A stretch of DNA of 64,000 nucleotides from Candidatus Goldiibacteriota bacterium (GCA_018000835.1 JAGNJD010000002.1:1732-65731), one strand, 5' to 3'. Shown: positions 52,128 to 61,538, counted from the first letter of the stretch. Notes: generated by a model from the letters alone, not told the origin. Numbers and translations: made by a program.

Positions 52128-53804
52128 CTAAAATTTTTTTGATTTTTTACTTTCAAGAAACAACGTTTTTGTAGTCATGTCAACTATGTATGACGGGCCA
52201 AAATACTGGATAGGACCCGGGAACAGATAATACTCATTTAACGCCCATTGCTGTCTGCATTTCAAAAGCATTTTATAAGGATTGCCCCTTAAATCAACGA
52301 GGGCTTTATGGATAACTGGTTTTTCCTTTCCCTTTCTTTTTTCTATGGTCATCATCATTGTTAATGGAATTCCGCCGCACTCCCATTGGGATGGTTTTTT
52401 TACGAGTTTACGCACCGAAGAAATATAACCAGTAAGGTTATTAATGGCAAGCATTGCCGCATTAAACCCGAGTGCATAGCAATAATTCGTGTCAAAATTT
52501 GAAGGTGCGCCACAGCGGCCTTCATATCCGAAAAAATGAGATATAGGAGAAAATTTGCCATTGTATTTCCCTTCTTTTTTTAGTTCTTTTAATCTCCTGT
52601 CTACCATATTAATAAGTAACCGCTCAGTCTCTATCTGGGATACCTGGACGTTTCCATGCGGGTCCCTGTCTATCAATAACTGGGATTCAATTGTATCGGG
52701 CAGTGATTTCATAAGTGCTGCAAGATTTTCAGGTAATCTGCCATAAACAAAATTTTTTTTATCAACAACGCTTGTTATTTTGTTTAATTCTTTCTCACAT
52801 TGTCCCATTATGTCGTTTAATGCACTTATTAGTTGTTTTACCTCTGGTATGAATTCAATAAGCCCCTCAGGGACAAGGCAAACGCCAAAATTTTTTTTCA
52901 TCTCAGAACGTTTTACAATGACGTCGGTTATTGAATCAATTACTTCCGAAAGTTTCATGTTCTTTTCTTTTACTTCTTCCCCTATAAGGACGATATTGGG
53001 CTGCGTTTTTAAGCCGACCTCAAGAGTGATGTGTGAAGCACTCCTGCCCATCAGACGCACAAAATGCCAGTATTTTTGTGCTGAATTAACGTCCCTGCAT
53101 ATATTTCCAACGAGTTCCGAATAAATTTTTGTTGCCGTATCAAAACCAAAAGATGTTTCTATCTGCTCGTTTTTTAAATCGCCGTCTATGGTTTTTGGAA
53201 CGCCTATTACACAAATTTTTTCTTTTTGTGCCATGAAATAATCGGCAAGAAGTGCTGCGTTTGTATTTGAATCATCACCGCCAACTATGACGAGGGCACT
53301 AAAACCATTTTCGGTCAGGGTTTTTTTGCACCGGGCAAATTGTTCTTCTGTTTCAATTTTTGTCCTTCCTGATTTTATCATGTCAAATCCGCCCGTGTTT
53401 CTATACCTGTCAACGAGCGGCTTCGTAATTTCAATCATTTTTCCATCCAGTATACCGGATGGTCCGCCAAGAAATCCAAAAAGTCTGTTTTTGGGATTTG
53501 CTTTTTTTAATCCATCAAATAAACCTGCAATTACGTTGTGCCCGCCCGGTGCCTGTCCACCGGACAAAACTACTCCGACTTTTACCGGTTTTTTTAAATT
53601 AATTTTATTTTTACCTTTTTTAAAAGTTATTGCCGGCTTACCATATACGTTTGGGAAAATACTTTTCAGTGTCTCCTTATCTGATACTGACTCTGTTTTC
53701 TTCCCTGTTTCCGGGACGATGGTGGAAGGGCTGGAACGCAAAATTGCCGGTAACTCCGGTTTGTATTTCAGGCGTTCAATCTGAAGTTCGGATAGATTTT
53801 TCAT
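52128..53804 (-). CDS. pfp: Pyrophosphate-dependent 6-phosphofructokinase (long/group II PPi-PFK)
   Basis: PFK fold motifs GGDDS (Asp replacing the Gly of ATP-PFK GGDGS), PKTIDGD (Lys instead of Gly) and MGRSASHITLE. 558 aa, as in long PPi-PFKs. Confidence 0.8.
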   Translation of the reverse strand: MKNLSELQIERLKYKPELPAILRSSPSTIVPETGKKTESVSDKETLKSIFPNVYGKPAITFKKGKNKINLKKPVKVGVVLSGGQAPGGHNVIAGLFDGLKKANPKNRLFGFLGGPSGILDGKMIEITKPLVDRYRNTGGFDMIKSGRTKIETEEQFARCKKTLTENGFSALVIVGGDDSNTNAALLADYFMAQKEKICVIGVPKTIDGDLKNEQIETSFGFDTATKIYSELVGNICRDVNSAQKYWHFVRLMGRSASHITLEVGLKTQPNIVLIGEEVKEKNMKLSEVIDSITDVIVKRSEMKKNFGVCLVPEGLIEFIPEVKQLISALNDIMGQCEKELNKITSVVDKKNFVYGRLPENLAALMKSLPDTIESQLLIDRDPHGNVQVSQIETERLLINMVDRRLKELKKEGKYNGKFSPISHFFGYEGRCGAPSNFDTNYCYALGFNAAMLAINNLTGYISSVRKLVKKPSQWECGGIPLTMMMTIEKRKGKEKPVIHKALVDLRGNPYKMLLKCRQQWALNEYYLFPGPIQYFGPSYIVDMTTKTLFLESKKSKKF

Positions 53805-53948
53805 ATAAATTCCTCCTGTTTATTAGATTTATGTTATAAAAACAATACTAAATCCATGCCTGCGGATTTCTAAACCCGCTTTAATTTTTGAATACGTATA
53901 TTATACGTAAAAGATTTATTTTTTCAACTGGAAATAAATCGGTTAATT

Positions 53949-54008
53949 GGGAATGAGGAAAGACATGGCGGACACTTAAAAAGGCTGAAAATAATGAATA
54001 AAGAGGGC
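53949..54008. repeat. Repeat module C copy 2
   Basis: gggaatgaggaaagacatggcggacacttaaaaaggctgaaaataatgaataaagaggg is near-identical to 20547..20605. Confidence 0.6.
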
Positions 54009-54150
54009 TACGGGAGATTTTATTTTTTCAAATCCCCCTTTTACAAAGGGAAAAAAAGAAAAAAACAAATCCCCCTCTTTCCCCCTTTTTCAAAGGGGGA
54101 TAATAAGATGAAGTAATTTCCCCTCTTTAAAAAAGAGGGGTCAGGGGAGA
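54008..54150. repeat. Repeat family A array (about 2 units)
   Basis: ...gggagattttattttttcaaatcccccttttacaaaggg... and ...atccccctctttcccccttttttcaaagggggataa...aatttcccctctttaaaaaagaggggtcaggggagattt. Confidence 0.7.
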
Positions 54151-54157
54151 TTTATTC

Positions 54158-54378
54158 TTATTGAATCATATCGTTCCCACCCATCGTTTTAAACATGTAG
54201 AGACTTAAGCTTGCTCTGTCTCTTAAAACGAATTAAATGGTGGAATTTTTTATAAATGGTTATGAAAACAAAACAGCGATTTATCCTGTGCTGGTCGCGT
54301 GGCACATAGTTTGAATATCCGCCTTGCTTATCTTTGAGACACAGCAAGCTGTGTCTCTACGATTCGTTATTGTGCATT
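54158..54378 (+). repeat. Repeat family B copy 2
   Basis: ~90% identical to 10473..10690 and in the same orientation. It includes the same terminal inverted repeats and an internal TGGCAC-N5-TTGAA motif. A 38-bp fragment of the element's 5' end recurs at 54478..54515. Confidence 0.7.
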
Positions 54379-54529
54379 CATGTTGGTAAATACGAATTAA
54401 TAATGACAACGGATGATTATATTCAATTAAAAACAAAAAAATGGAAATATGGATGGAATTGTATTTTAACGGCGGCATTATACCACCCATCGTTTTAAAC
54501 ATGTAGAGATAGTTTTTATACTCTTCATT

Positions 54530-54730
54530 CCCTTTAAAAAAACAAATCCCCCTCTTTCCCCCTTTTTCAAAGGGGGATAATAAGATGAAGTAATTTCCCC
54601 TCTTTAAAAAAGAGGGGTCAGGGGAGATTTATTCCATTAATTTCCCCTCTTTGAAAAAGAGGGGCCAGGGGAGATTTTATTTCTATCAAATCCCCCTTTC
54701 TCCCCCTTTTCTAAAAGGGAAAAAAGAAAA
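54530..54730. repeat. Repeat family A array (about 2.5 units)
   Basis: Tandem twin-hairpin units (aatttcccctctttaaaaaagaggggtcaggggagattt..., aatttcccctctttgaaaaagaggggccaggggagatttt...atccccctttctcccccttttctaaaaggg). ORFs 54281..54502 and 54651..54947 lie in the repeats and are probably spurious. Confidence 0.7.
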
Positions 54731-54949
54731 AAATCCTGATTTACATAGAGAAATTCGTATGTTGCCTCCGACTATTCCTGACAATATGATTCACAGAGAG
54801 TATATAAATAGTGTTTACCATCTATGTCCTGCTCCCTTTTCTACTTTCAAGGTCTTACCCCAATTTCATTTAGAAGACAACAATAGGTTAAAATATAATA
54901 TTTTTATTATAAATCGTATGGATTTGCGATTTTATATGTGGCACTAAAA

Positions 54950-55651
54950 TCATGCGTATATATTTGTGTTTTTTATTTTTACCTTTTCCACGTATTTTTT
55001 CATAGTATCGGAAAATTCATGCAGAATCTTTTCCGTATACGGCTGAACCGTCCTGAAATTGCCATCAAGGGTAAATGAATTTTCAAACTGCTGTATTGAA
55101 AATAATTTTGCACCTTTTATTAACTCCCCTATTTCCTCAAAATCATCACAGTCGACAATGCCGGGGACGACAGTAGTCCTGAACTCATAATCAACGCCTG
55201 AATTCATTATCAATTTTATGGAATTAATTATTTTTGAAACGTCAATTTTAAAACCGGCTGCTGCTTCATATTTTTTTATGGACGTTTTTACGTCCATTGC
55301 CACGTAATCAACCAGTCCACCGTCAATCAGCATCCTGATTTTTTCCGTTAAATAGCCGTTGGTATCTATTTTCACAAGCAAACCGGAATTTTTTATCTTT
55401 CTTAAAAAATCAGGCAGGTCATCCTGCAGCAATGGTTCTCCGCCAGTTATGGAAACCCCGTCAATAAATGAAACTCTTTCCTTTAAATCGTCCAAAACGT
55501 CATTTTCGTCAATAATCGTGGCGTTTATTGAAATAAGCGCCGGGTTATGACAAAAAGGACATCTAAAATTACATGGCGAAGTGTAAATTACGGAAGATAT
55601 TTTATTCGGAAATTCTATTAATGAAACTCCTATGAATCCATTAATTCTCAT
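54950..55651 (-). CDS. nrdG: Anaerobic ribonucleoside-triphosphate reductase activating protein (radical SAM)
   Basis: CNFRCPFCHNP radical-SAM cluster motif near the N-terminus. 233 aa. Directly downstream of nrdD. Confidence 0.85.
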   Translation of the reverse strand: MRINGFIGVSLIEFPNKISSVIYTSPCNFRCPFCHNPALISINATIIDENDVLDDLKERVSFIDGVSITGGEPLLQDDLPDFLRKIKNSGLLVKIDTNGYLTEKIRMLIDGGLVDYVAMDVKTSIKKYEAAAGFKIDVSKIINSIKLIMNSGVDYEFRTTVVPGIVDCDDFEEIGELIKGAKLFSIQQFENSFTLDGNFRTVQPYTEKILHEFSDTMKKYVEKVKIKNTNIYA

Positions 55652-55660
55652 TTAATAATA

Positions 55661-55894
55661 TCAGGACACCTGGACTTTTTCTTCCACAGAAAAAACGTCA
55701 AACATTTTTCTTTCATAAAATTCTTCCTGTTTTCCGTTGTTCCATTGTTTAACAGGTCTGAAATAACCAACAATTCTGCTGTAAACCTCACATTCGGTTC
55801 CTTTTACGTTTACCAATTCCTGTTCAAGTTTTTCAATTTCAGACAAAATTTCATTTTTTTCCATATATTTCCTCCTTTCCTGATTTAAATTCAT
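55661..55894 (-). CDS. Small stand-alone glycyl-radical protein carrying the class III RNR C-terminal radical motif
   Basis: ...TECEVYSRIVGYFRPVKQWNNGKQEEFYERKMF matches the NrdD glycyl-radical segment (sRvvGY.rPv..wN.GK..Ef..R). An AGGAGG RBS precedes the second ATG (MEKNEIL...). The ORF is in a different frame from nrdD and carries ~35 aa of extra N-terminal sequence. Confidence 0.65.
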   Translation of the reverse strand: MNLNQERRKYMEKNEILSEIEKLEQELVNVKGTECEVYSRIVGYFRPVKQWNNGKQEEFYERKMFDVFSVEEKVQVS

Positions 55895-55905
55895 TTTGAC
55901 GTTTT

Positions 55906-57948
55906 TTATACCGTTAATTTTTCCTTTAAGTCCTGTATTTTATTTCTTATCTGCGTTGATTTTTCCTCTGCACATAACGGGCACTCGTGATGTTCCCCGG
56001 ATAAATATCCATGGACCGGACAGATGGAAAAAGTAGGCGTTATGCTATAATAAGGAAGATGAAAATTCTCTGCCACTTTTCTGACAAGATTTTTTGTGGC
56101 TTTTGTTGATGGCATACGTTCTCCGACAAATATGTGGAAAACCGTCCCGCCTGTATATTTACATTGTATTTCATCCTGATGTTTTAAAGCATCAAATACG
56201 TCGCTCGTATGTGCAACCGGTAGTTGCGTGGAGTTCGTATAATACGGGTCTTTCTTTCCCATCGTAATTATGTCCGGATATTTTTCTTTGTCTATCTTTG
56301 CAAGCCTGTAGGATGTCCCTTCCCCTGGCGTTGCTTCCAGATTATAAAAATTACCGGTTTCCTCCTGATATTCTTTTAATTTATTCCTCATAAAATCAAG
56401 GATTTCAATCGTAAATGCCCGCCCGTCCTCTGATGAAATGTCTTTACCTATAAAATTCAGGGATGCTTCGTTCATGCCTATAAGGCCTATCGTTGAAAAA
56501 TGGTTATGCCAGTATTTGCCATTTAGTTCCTTTACTCCGGAAAGATAATGTCTCGAATACGGATAAAGTCCCTGCTCCGTTAATTTCTCCAGTGCTTTTC
56601 TTTTTATTTCAAGACTTTCTTTTGCAACGTCCATGAGATATTCTAATTCCCTGAAAAATTTCTCTTTTTCTCCCTTATATTTATAACCAAGTCTGGGCAC
56701 GTTGATTGTTACCACGCCGATTGAACCGGTCAATGGATTTGAGCCAAACAAACCGCCACCGCGTTTTCTTAATTCCCTGTTATCCAGCCTTAACCTGCAG
56801 CACATTGAGCGTGCGTCGTCAGGCGACATGTCTGAATTTACAAAATTTGCAAAATACGGTATGCCATATTTTGCAGTCATTTCCCATAACGGTTCAAGTT
56901 TTTCATTATCCCAATCAAAATCTTTCGTTATGTTATAAGTCGGGATGGGAAACGTAAATATTCTTCCCTTGCTGTCGCCTTCGAGCATTATTTCCGCGAA
57001 TGCCCTGTTTATCATGTAAATCTCTTCCTGGTATTCTCCATAGGTTGAATTACCTATCTGACCGTCTATTATTACAGCCTCATCTTTCATACTGTTGGGG
57101 CAGGTTAAATCCATGGTTATGTTCGTAAACGGCGTCTGAAATCCGACCCTCGTCGGAATGTTCATGTTAAACATAAATCTTCTCATTGCTCTTTTTACGT
57201 CTTCATAGGAAAGATTGTTATATCTTATAAATGGTGCAAGCAGAGTATCAAAATTTGCAAATGCCTGGGCGCCTGCAGCCTCTCCCTGCAGTGTATAGAA
57301 AAAATTAACGACCTGGCCAAGCGCAGATTCAAAATGAGAAGGTGGTGCAGATTCAATTTTACCCGCAACTCCGCCAAAGCCCCGCATCAATAAATCCCTT
57401 AAATCCCAGCCGCAGCAGTAAACAGAAAGAAGCCCAAGGTCATGAATGTGAAAATCACCGTCACTATGTGCCTGCTTTATTTCAGGAGTATAAATTTTAT
57501 TTAGCCAGTAATTTGAAATGACGATTGAGGCAATGTGGTTATTTAACCCCTGAAGAGAATAACTCATGTTTGAATTTTCTTTAACCCGCCAGTCAAGGTT
57601 TCTGAGATAATCATCAACTATAGTTATGGAATCTTTCAGAAGGTCTTTTATCTCCCTTAATTTTGAATGCTGATCCCTGTAAAGTATGTAGGATTTCGCA
57701 ATCTGGATGTAACCATTATTAATCAAAGTCGTTTCTACTACGTCCTGGACGTTTTCTACGGTAGGAATTTTGCCGTTTTTATATACTGCTTCGAGAATGG
57801 AGACGACCTGATTTGAAATTTTTTCTGCCTTGTCTTTTTCATAATCATTGTTTGCCTTAAATGACTTAAAAATTGCATTTGTAATTTTTTCCGGAGTAAA
57901 AGGAACTATTTCACCATTTCTTTTGTGAATGAATTCTATCTTTGACAT
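55906..57948 (-). CDS. nrdD: Anaerobic ribonucleoside-triphosphate reductase, catalytic polypeptide, lacking the glycyl-radical motif
   Basis: 680 aa with an N-terminal ATP-cone-like region, a class III RNR core and a C-terminal Zn-ribbon-like CPVHGY...CPLC. The ORF ends 21 aa after the last Cys with no RxxGY motif. Confidence 0.85.
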   Translation of the reverse strand: MSKIEFIHKRNGEIVPFTPEKITNAIFKSFKANNDYEKDKAEKISNQVVSILEAVYKNGKIPTVENVQDVVETTLINNGYIQIAKSYILYRDQHSKLREIKDLLKDSITIVDDYLRNLDWRVKENSNMSYSLQGLNNHIASIVISNYWLNKIYTPEIKQAHSDGDFHIHDLGLLSVYCCGWDLRDLLMRGFGGVAGKIESAPPSHFESALGQVVNFFYTLQGEAAGAQAFANFDTLLAPFIRYNNLSYEDVKRAMRRFMFNMNIPTRVGFQTPFTNITMDLTCPNSMKDEAVIIDGQIGNSTYGEYQEEIYMINRAFAEIMLEGDSKGRIFTFPIPTYNITKDFDWDNEKLEPLWEMTAKYGIPYFANFVNSDMSPDDARSMCCRLRLDNRELRKRGGGLFGSNPLTGSIGVVTINVPRLGYKYKGEKEKFFRELEYLMDVAKESLEIKRKALEKLTEQGLYPYSRHYLSGVKELNGKYWHNHFSTIGLIGMNEASLNFIGKDISSEDGRAFTIEILDFMRNKLKEYQEETGNFYNLEATPGEGTSYRLAKIDKEKYPDIITMGKKDPYYTNSTQLPVAHTSDVFDALKHQDEIQCKYTGGTVFHIFVGERMPSTKATKNLVRKVAENFHLPYYSITPTFSICPVHGYLSGEHHECPLCAEEKSTQIRNKIQDLKEKLTV

Positions 57949-57989
57949 CTATTCTCCTTATTTTAAAATATAACCTTACCTTATTTTAA

Positions 57990-58100
57990 TACAATATATA
58001 GTATGTCCCATAATTTGTCAAGTTAAAAATTGGCCCAATATACAATATATATTGTATAAAACACAAATTTTAAAGTAAAAAAATACAATATATTGTGTCT
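57990..58100. promoter_or_regulatory. Cluster of NrdR-box-like palindromes upstream of nrdD
   Basis: tacaatatatagtatgt (57990-58006), ATACAATATATATTGTAT (58039-58056, a perfect 18-bp palindrome) and ATACAATATATTGTGT (58083-58098). The last has one mismatch to the NrdR consensus acaCwAtATaTwGtgt. A further aacaatattgtgt lies at 58236-58248. Confidence 0.5.
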
Positions 58101-58279
58101 TGTGGTGTATTTTCGTTAGTAAAATCAATAATTTTATAGTATTTTTCGTAAATTAATTGATTTCTTATAGTTTTAAATTAAAAATTTTTAAAAAATACAT
58201 TTTTTATTTTTTAATCATAAAATATTGACAATAAAACAATATTGTGTATGATATTATCAATAAAAATTGCAGGTGAAAA

Positions 58280-58879
58280 ATGGAACTTGAAAAATATAAA
58301 AATGAATATAACGAGTTGCTAAAAAAAATTTCCGGGAGAAAAGGCGTCAATGAATTATCTGCTTATCTTGCAAAACATGGATTTCTTTCTGCACCGGCCT
58401 CAACAAAGTATCATTTAAGTTTTGAAGGCGGCTTATTGATACATTCACTTAACGTAACAAAACTGGCTCTGAAATTAAAAGAAATATTATTACCGGATAT
58501 ACCGGAAGAATCTGTCATACTATGCGGATTATTTCACGACACGCATAAGGTAACCGATGGTTTTGGAAACGTAACGTATCTGAAAAACGAAGGATACGAT
58601 AAGGATAAACAACCTTATCTTTGGAACAAGGAGCAGATGAATTTTTCAGGCGCCCAGAAATCACTTTTGATCGTTTCCCGCTTCGTGGATTTAACGCAGG
58701 ATGAAATGCAGGCAATTGCATATCACGACGGTCCTTTTGTCCCGTCATGGGAAGACATAAAAGGAGACCCTTATCCACTTACCCTTCTCTTACATTTTTC
58801 CGACATGTGGTCCTGCTGGATAATTGAAAAGTCAAAAGATAAAAATTCATTTACAAAAAAATTCATACAGGACGTTTAA
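58280..58879 (+). CDS. HD-domain phosphohydrolase
   Basis: HSLNV...LCGLFHDTHK (H...HD metal-binding motif). 199 aa. Confidence 0.6.
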   Translation: MELEKYKNEYNELLKKISGRKGVNELSAYLAKHGFLSAPASTKYHLSFEGGLLIHSLNVTKLALKLKEILLPDIPEESVILCGLFHDTHKVTDGFGNVTYLKNEGYDKDKQPYLWNKEQMNFSGAQKSLLIVSRFVDLTQDEMQAIAYHDGPFVPSWEDIKGDPYPLTLLLHFSDMWSCWIIEKSKDKNSFTKKFIQDV

Positions 58880-59626
58880 TCAATTACCGTATTCCCAGTA
58901 TATATGCGGCTGGTATTTTCTCAGTTCTTCCTCAAAATTTCTTATTTTTGACATCGGAATTTTTGGCCACTCTGCTTTTTCATCCAGCGTTTTGATGTAA
59001 AATCTACCGCTTGATTCTTCTGTTTTCGTTTCAAATAAATTAATTGTGGGCACATCACAAAACTGGAATAAAATGAATCTCCATGGCATTCTTGCGCTTA
59101 AAAACTGATGGTTTTTTCTTTCCCTGTCATTTTTATCAAATCCATTATATAAAATCAGATACCTTCTGTCAGGCGGACTTACGTTTTTATCTTCTATGCC
59201 GTCAAAAATCATAAGAAAAACTTTTGGCAGTTCATTTTGCGCAATTTTATTAATGGTGACGTATGGCTGGGGTGTCCTTGCATACGTCAGTCCTGTTTCT
59301 ATAAAGCCCCTCGTTTTTTTACCGTTTCGAACTATGTCAATGGTAAAATATTGTTTGTAAATTGATGCTTTTTCTTCCCTTTCCTCTTCTGACTTTTTCG
59401 ACCTGTATGCTATTATGATTTCTTCCCCTGGTTGTCCATCCAGTTCTGCATACATTATGTATCCTAAAGCCTCACCTGTCTCCGGGTCAAAAAATACTAC
59501 CGGTATCTGGTCTGGGTCTGCATATTTTTTTGCTATTTTAAACTGACTGCCTTCCAGATAAGAAAATAAGATACAGGGGACAAAAAATAAAAAAATTAAG
59601 ATAAATATGTTTTTTTTACGTTTCAT
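58880..59626 (-). CDS. Secreted hypothetical protein
   Basis: N-terminal signal peptide. No recognisable domain. Confidence 0.4.
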   Translation of the reverse strand: MKRKKNIFILIFLFFVPCILFSYLEGSQFKIAKKYADPDQIPVVFFDPETGEALGYIMYAELDGQPGEEIIIAYRSKKSEEEREEKASIYKQYFTIDIVRNGKKTRGFIETGLTYARTPQPYVTINKIAQNELPKVFLMIFDGIEDKNVSPPDRRYLILYNGFDKNDRERKNHQFLSARMPWRFILFQFCDVPTINLFETKTEESSGRFYIKTLDEKAEWPKIPMSKIRNFEEELRKYQPHIYWEYGN

Positions 59627-59869
59627 TTTAACCTCCGGTAAAAATTTAAAATTTTCTGTAGTAAAATTTTTAATCTGCCCTTTATTATATATTATTTTAT
59701 TTATTTTTCAATCATATCTGAAATTTAGACGTAATTCAACGGAATTAGGATGACAATCTTTTATAGTTTTGCAGGTATATAACCGCGTGTCAACCAGGAA
59801 TTTAAAACAATGACGTTTTAAGGCGTATGTGGTGCTGAGTTTCTATTGTCACATCTTTTTTTCATCCTT

Positions 59870-60350
59870 TTTAAAAGGGAGAAAAGAAAACAAGTAATTT
59901 CCCCTCTTTGGAAAAGGGGTCAGGGGAGATTTTTATTCTTTCAAATCCCCCTCTTTCCCCCTTTTTCTACGGGGGAGAAAAAATAATTTCCCCTCTTTGG
60001 AAAAGAGGGGCCAGGGGAGATTTTATTCTTTCAAATCCCCCTTTTTCCCCCTTTTTCTACGGGGGATAAAGAAAAAAACAAATCCCCCTCTTTCCCCCTT
60101 TTTCTACGGGGGAAAAAAATAATTTCCCCTCTTTGAAAAAGAGGGGTCAGGGGAGATTTTTATTTTTTCAAATCCCCCTCTTTCCCCCTTTTTCTACGGG
60201 GGGAGAAAAAATAATTTCCCCTCTTTGGAAAAGAGGGGTTAGGGGAGATTTTATCCTTTCAAATCCCCCTTTGTCCCCCTTTTCTAAAGGGGGAAAAGAA
60301 TAAAAAGAAAACAAATCCCCCTTAATCCTTCTTTCCAAAGGGGGATAAAA
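59870..60350. repeat. Repeat family A array (largest: about 5-6 tandem twin-hairpin units)
   Basis: Reiterated taatttcccctctttggaaaagaggggtcaggggagatttttattctttcaaatccccctctttccccctttttctacgggggagaaaaaa units. Second-hairpin-only copies occur at 60040-60120. There are no unique spacers. Confidence 0.75.
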
Positions 60351-60461
60351 AGATTAGTAATTATAGTTTTCATTATATTATTTAAACAAAAACCGGATTC
60401 CAGATTTCTCTAATATGACAAATTAAAAATAATACAAATTATTTTTAATTACGATTATGCG

Positions 60462-61538
60462 TCATTTTGCAGTTGCGATACCTTTAATTTTTAAATTGCT
60501 CCCGGATGCATGCCAGACGTCAAATTTTTTGCTTTTTACGTTGTAATTTTTTATAATTTCGGCAAGGTCAAATCCATTACCTGTATATTGAATTATAAAT
60601 ACTCTTTTTACGTCATAATATTTTTTCTCTTCCAAAATTTTTACTCCTGATATACCGGACAGAATTTTTGTGAATTCATCCATATCCTCCGCTCTCGAAT
60701 CCGTCATCTCCACTATAATCATCCTACCCTGTTTAAACTCATCTTCAATAAACGAATTTATTTTGGAAGTTATGTCATTCCCGATTTGCATCGCCTTTAT
60801 TTCGGGCAATGTGTTTTTTTCGTCATTTCCCGTTTTGTTCTCATCTATTATTCCAATTATTTTCCCGCTTACAACGTGCGTAATGGTTCCTTTCACGGCA
60901 ATGTCCTGCCCTGAAACGTCAATCTTTACCAGAAACTCCGGCTCGTTTTCCCCTGACGTGAAATAATTATTTTTTAAGATTTCTTTTATTTTTTTATCAA
61001 ACAGTTCTTTTATTTTATCTTCTGCCCGCGTTTCAACCGTAACGGTCGCCGTTTCTGCTTTTACGTTTTCGTTCTGCCAATCGTCCGGTTCTTTTACGAA
61101 CGATACGTTACGATTTTTCAGATTTATCGTCTCGCCTTTATTAACTCTTTTTCCGGAAACAAAAACAGAACCGTTAAAAACCGTTAACAGGTTCTCCGCC
61201 ACATTTACGTCAACGGTTGCCCCATTTATTTCAATCCTGTCTTTTCCACAAATCACTTTTACCGGCGATAATCTTACAGCAGTAACCCATACTCTCCCTT
61301 TTATTAATTTAATTACGTTATCATTTATCTCAAAGACGGAATCTGCGGTACATGCAACTCTGTCTCCCCTCATATAATATACTATTGTCCCGTCGGAACG
61401 TTTGACGTCGTAAGTTTTTTTATTTCCTGACGTTGCTTCTTTTGCAAAAACGTTTCCAATCGTAAATAAAAAAAACAACGCGAGGAAAATTTTTACGTTT
61501 TTCACAATATCATCACCGGATAAGGTCAAGAACTTCAT
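60462..61538 (-). CDS. FecR-domain protein (secreted/periplasmic)
   Basis: Signal peptide. FecR-like beta-rich segment (VACTADSVFEINDNVIKLIKGRVWV...GATVDVNVAENLLTVFNGSVFVSGK). Overlaps the 3' end of the upstream CHASE2 cyclase gene. Confidence 0.6.
   Translation of the reverse strand: MKFLTLSGDDIVKNVKIFLALFFLFTIGNVFAKEATSGNKKTYDVKRSDGTIVYYMRGDRVACTADSVFEINDNVIKLIKGRVWVTAVRLSPVKVICGKDRIEINGATVDVNVAENLLTVFNGSVFVSGKRVNKGETINLKNRNVSFVKEPDDWQNENVKAETATVTVETRAEDKIKELFDKKIKEILKNNYFTSGENEPEFLVKIDVSGQDIAVKGTITHVVSGKIIGIIDENKTGNDEKNTLPEIKAMQIGNDITSKINSFIEDEFKQGRMIIVEMTDSRAEDMDEFTKILSGISGVKILEEKKYYDVKRVFIIQYTGNGFDLAEIIKNYNVKSKKFDVWHASGSNLKIKGIATAK

Noticed and set aside
10473-54378. Family B copies as direct-repeat boundaries (att-like) of a 44-kb genomic island
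   Set aside because: The intervening DNA is dominated by syntenic housekeeping genes (tig-clpPX-lon, uvrB, pyrFE, pfp) with uniform composition and no integrase. The repeats are better explained as dispersed copies of an intergenic element.
59870-60350. Possible CRISPR array, suggested by the regularly recurring GC-palindromic short repeats
   Set aside because: The units abut each other with no unique spacers. The repeat itself is a two-hairpin composite of variable copy structure. The same units occur singly and in both orientations at other loci. No cas genes are in the window.
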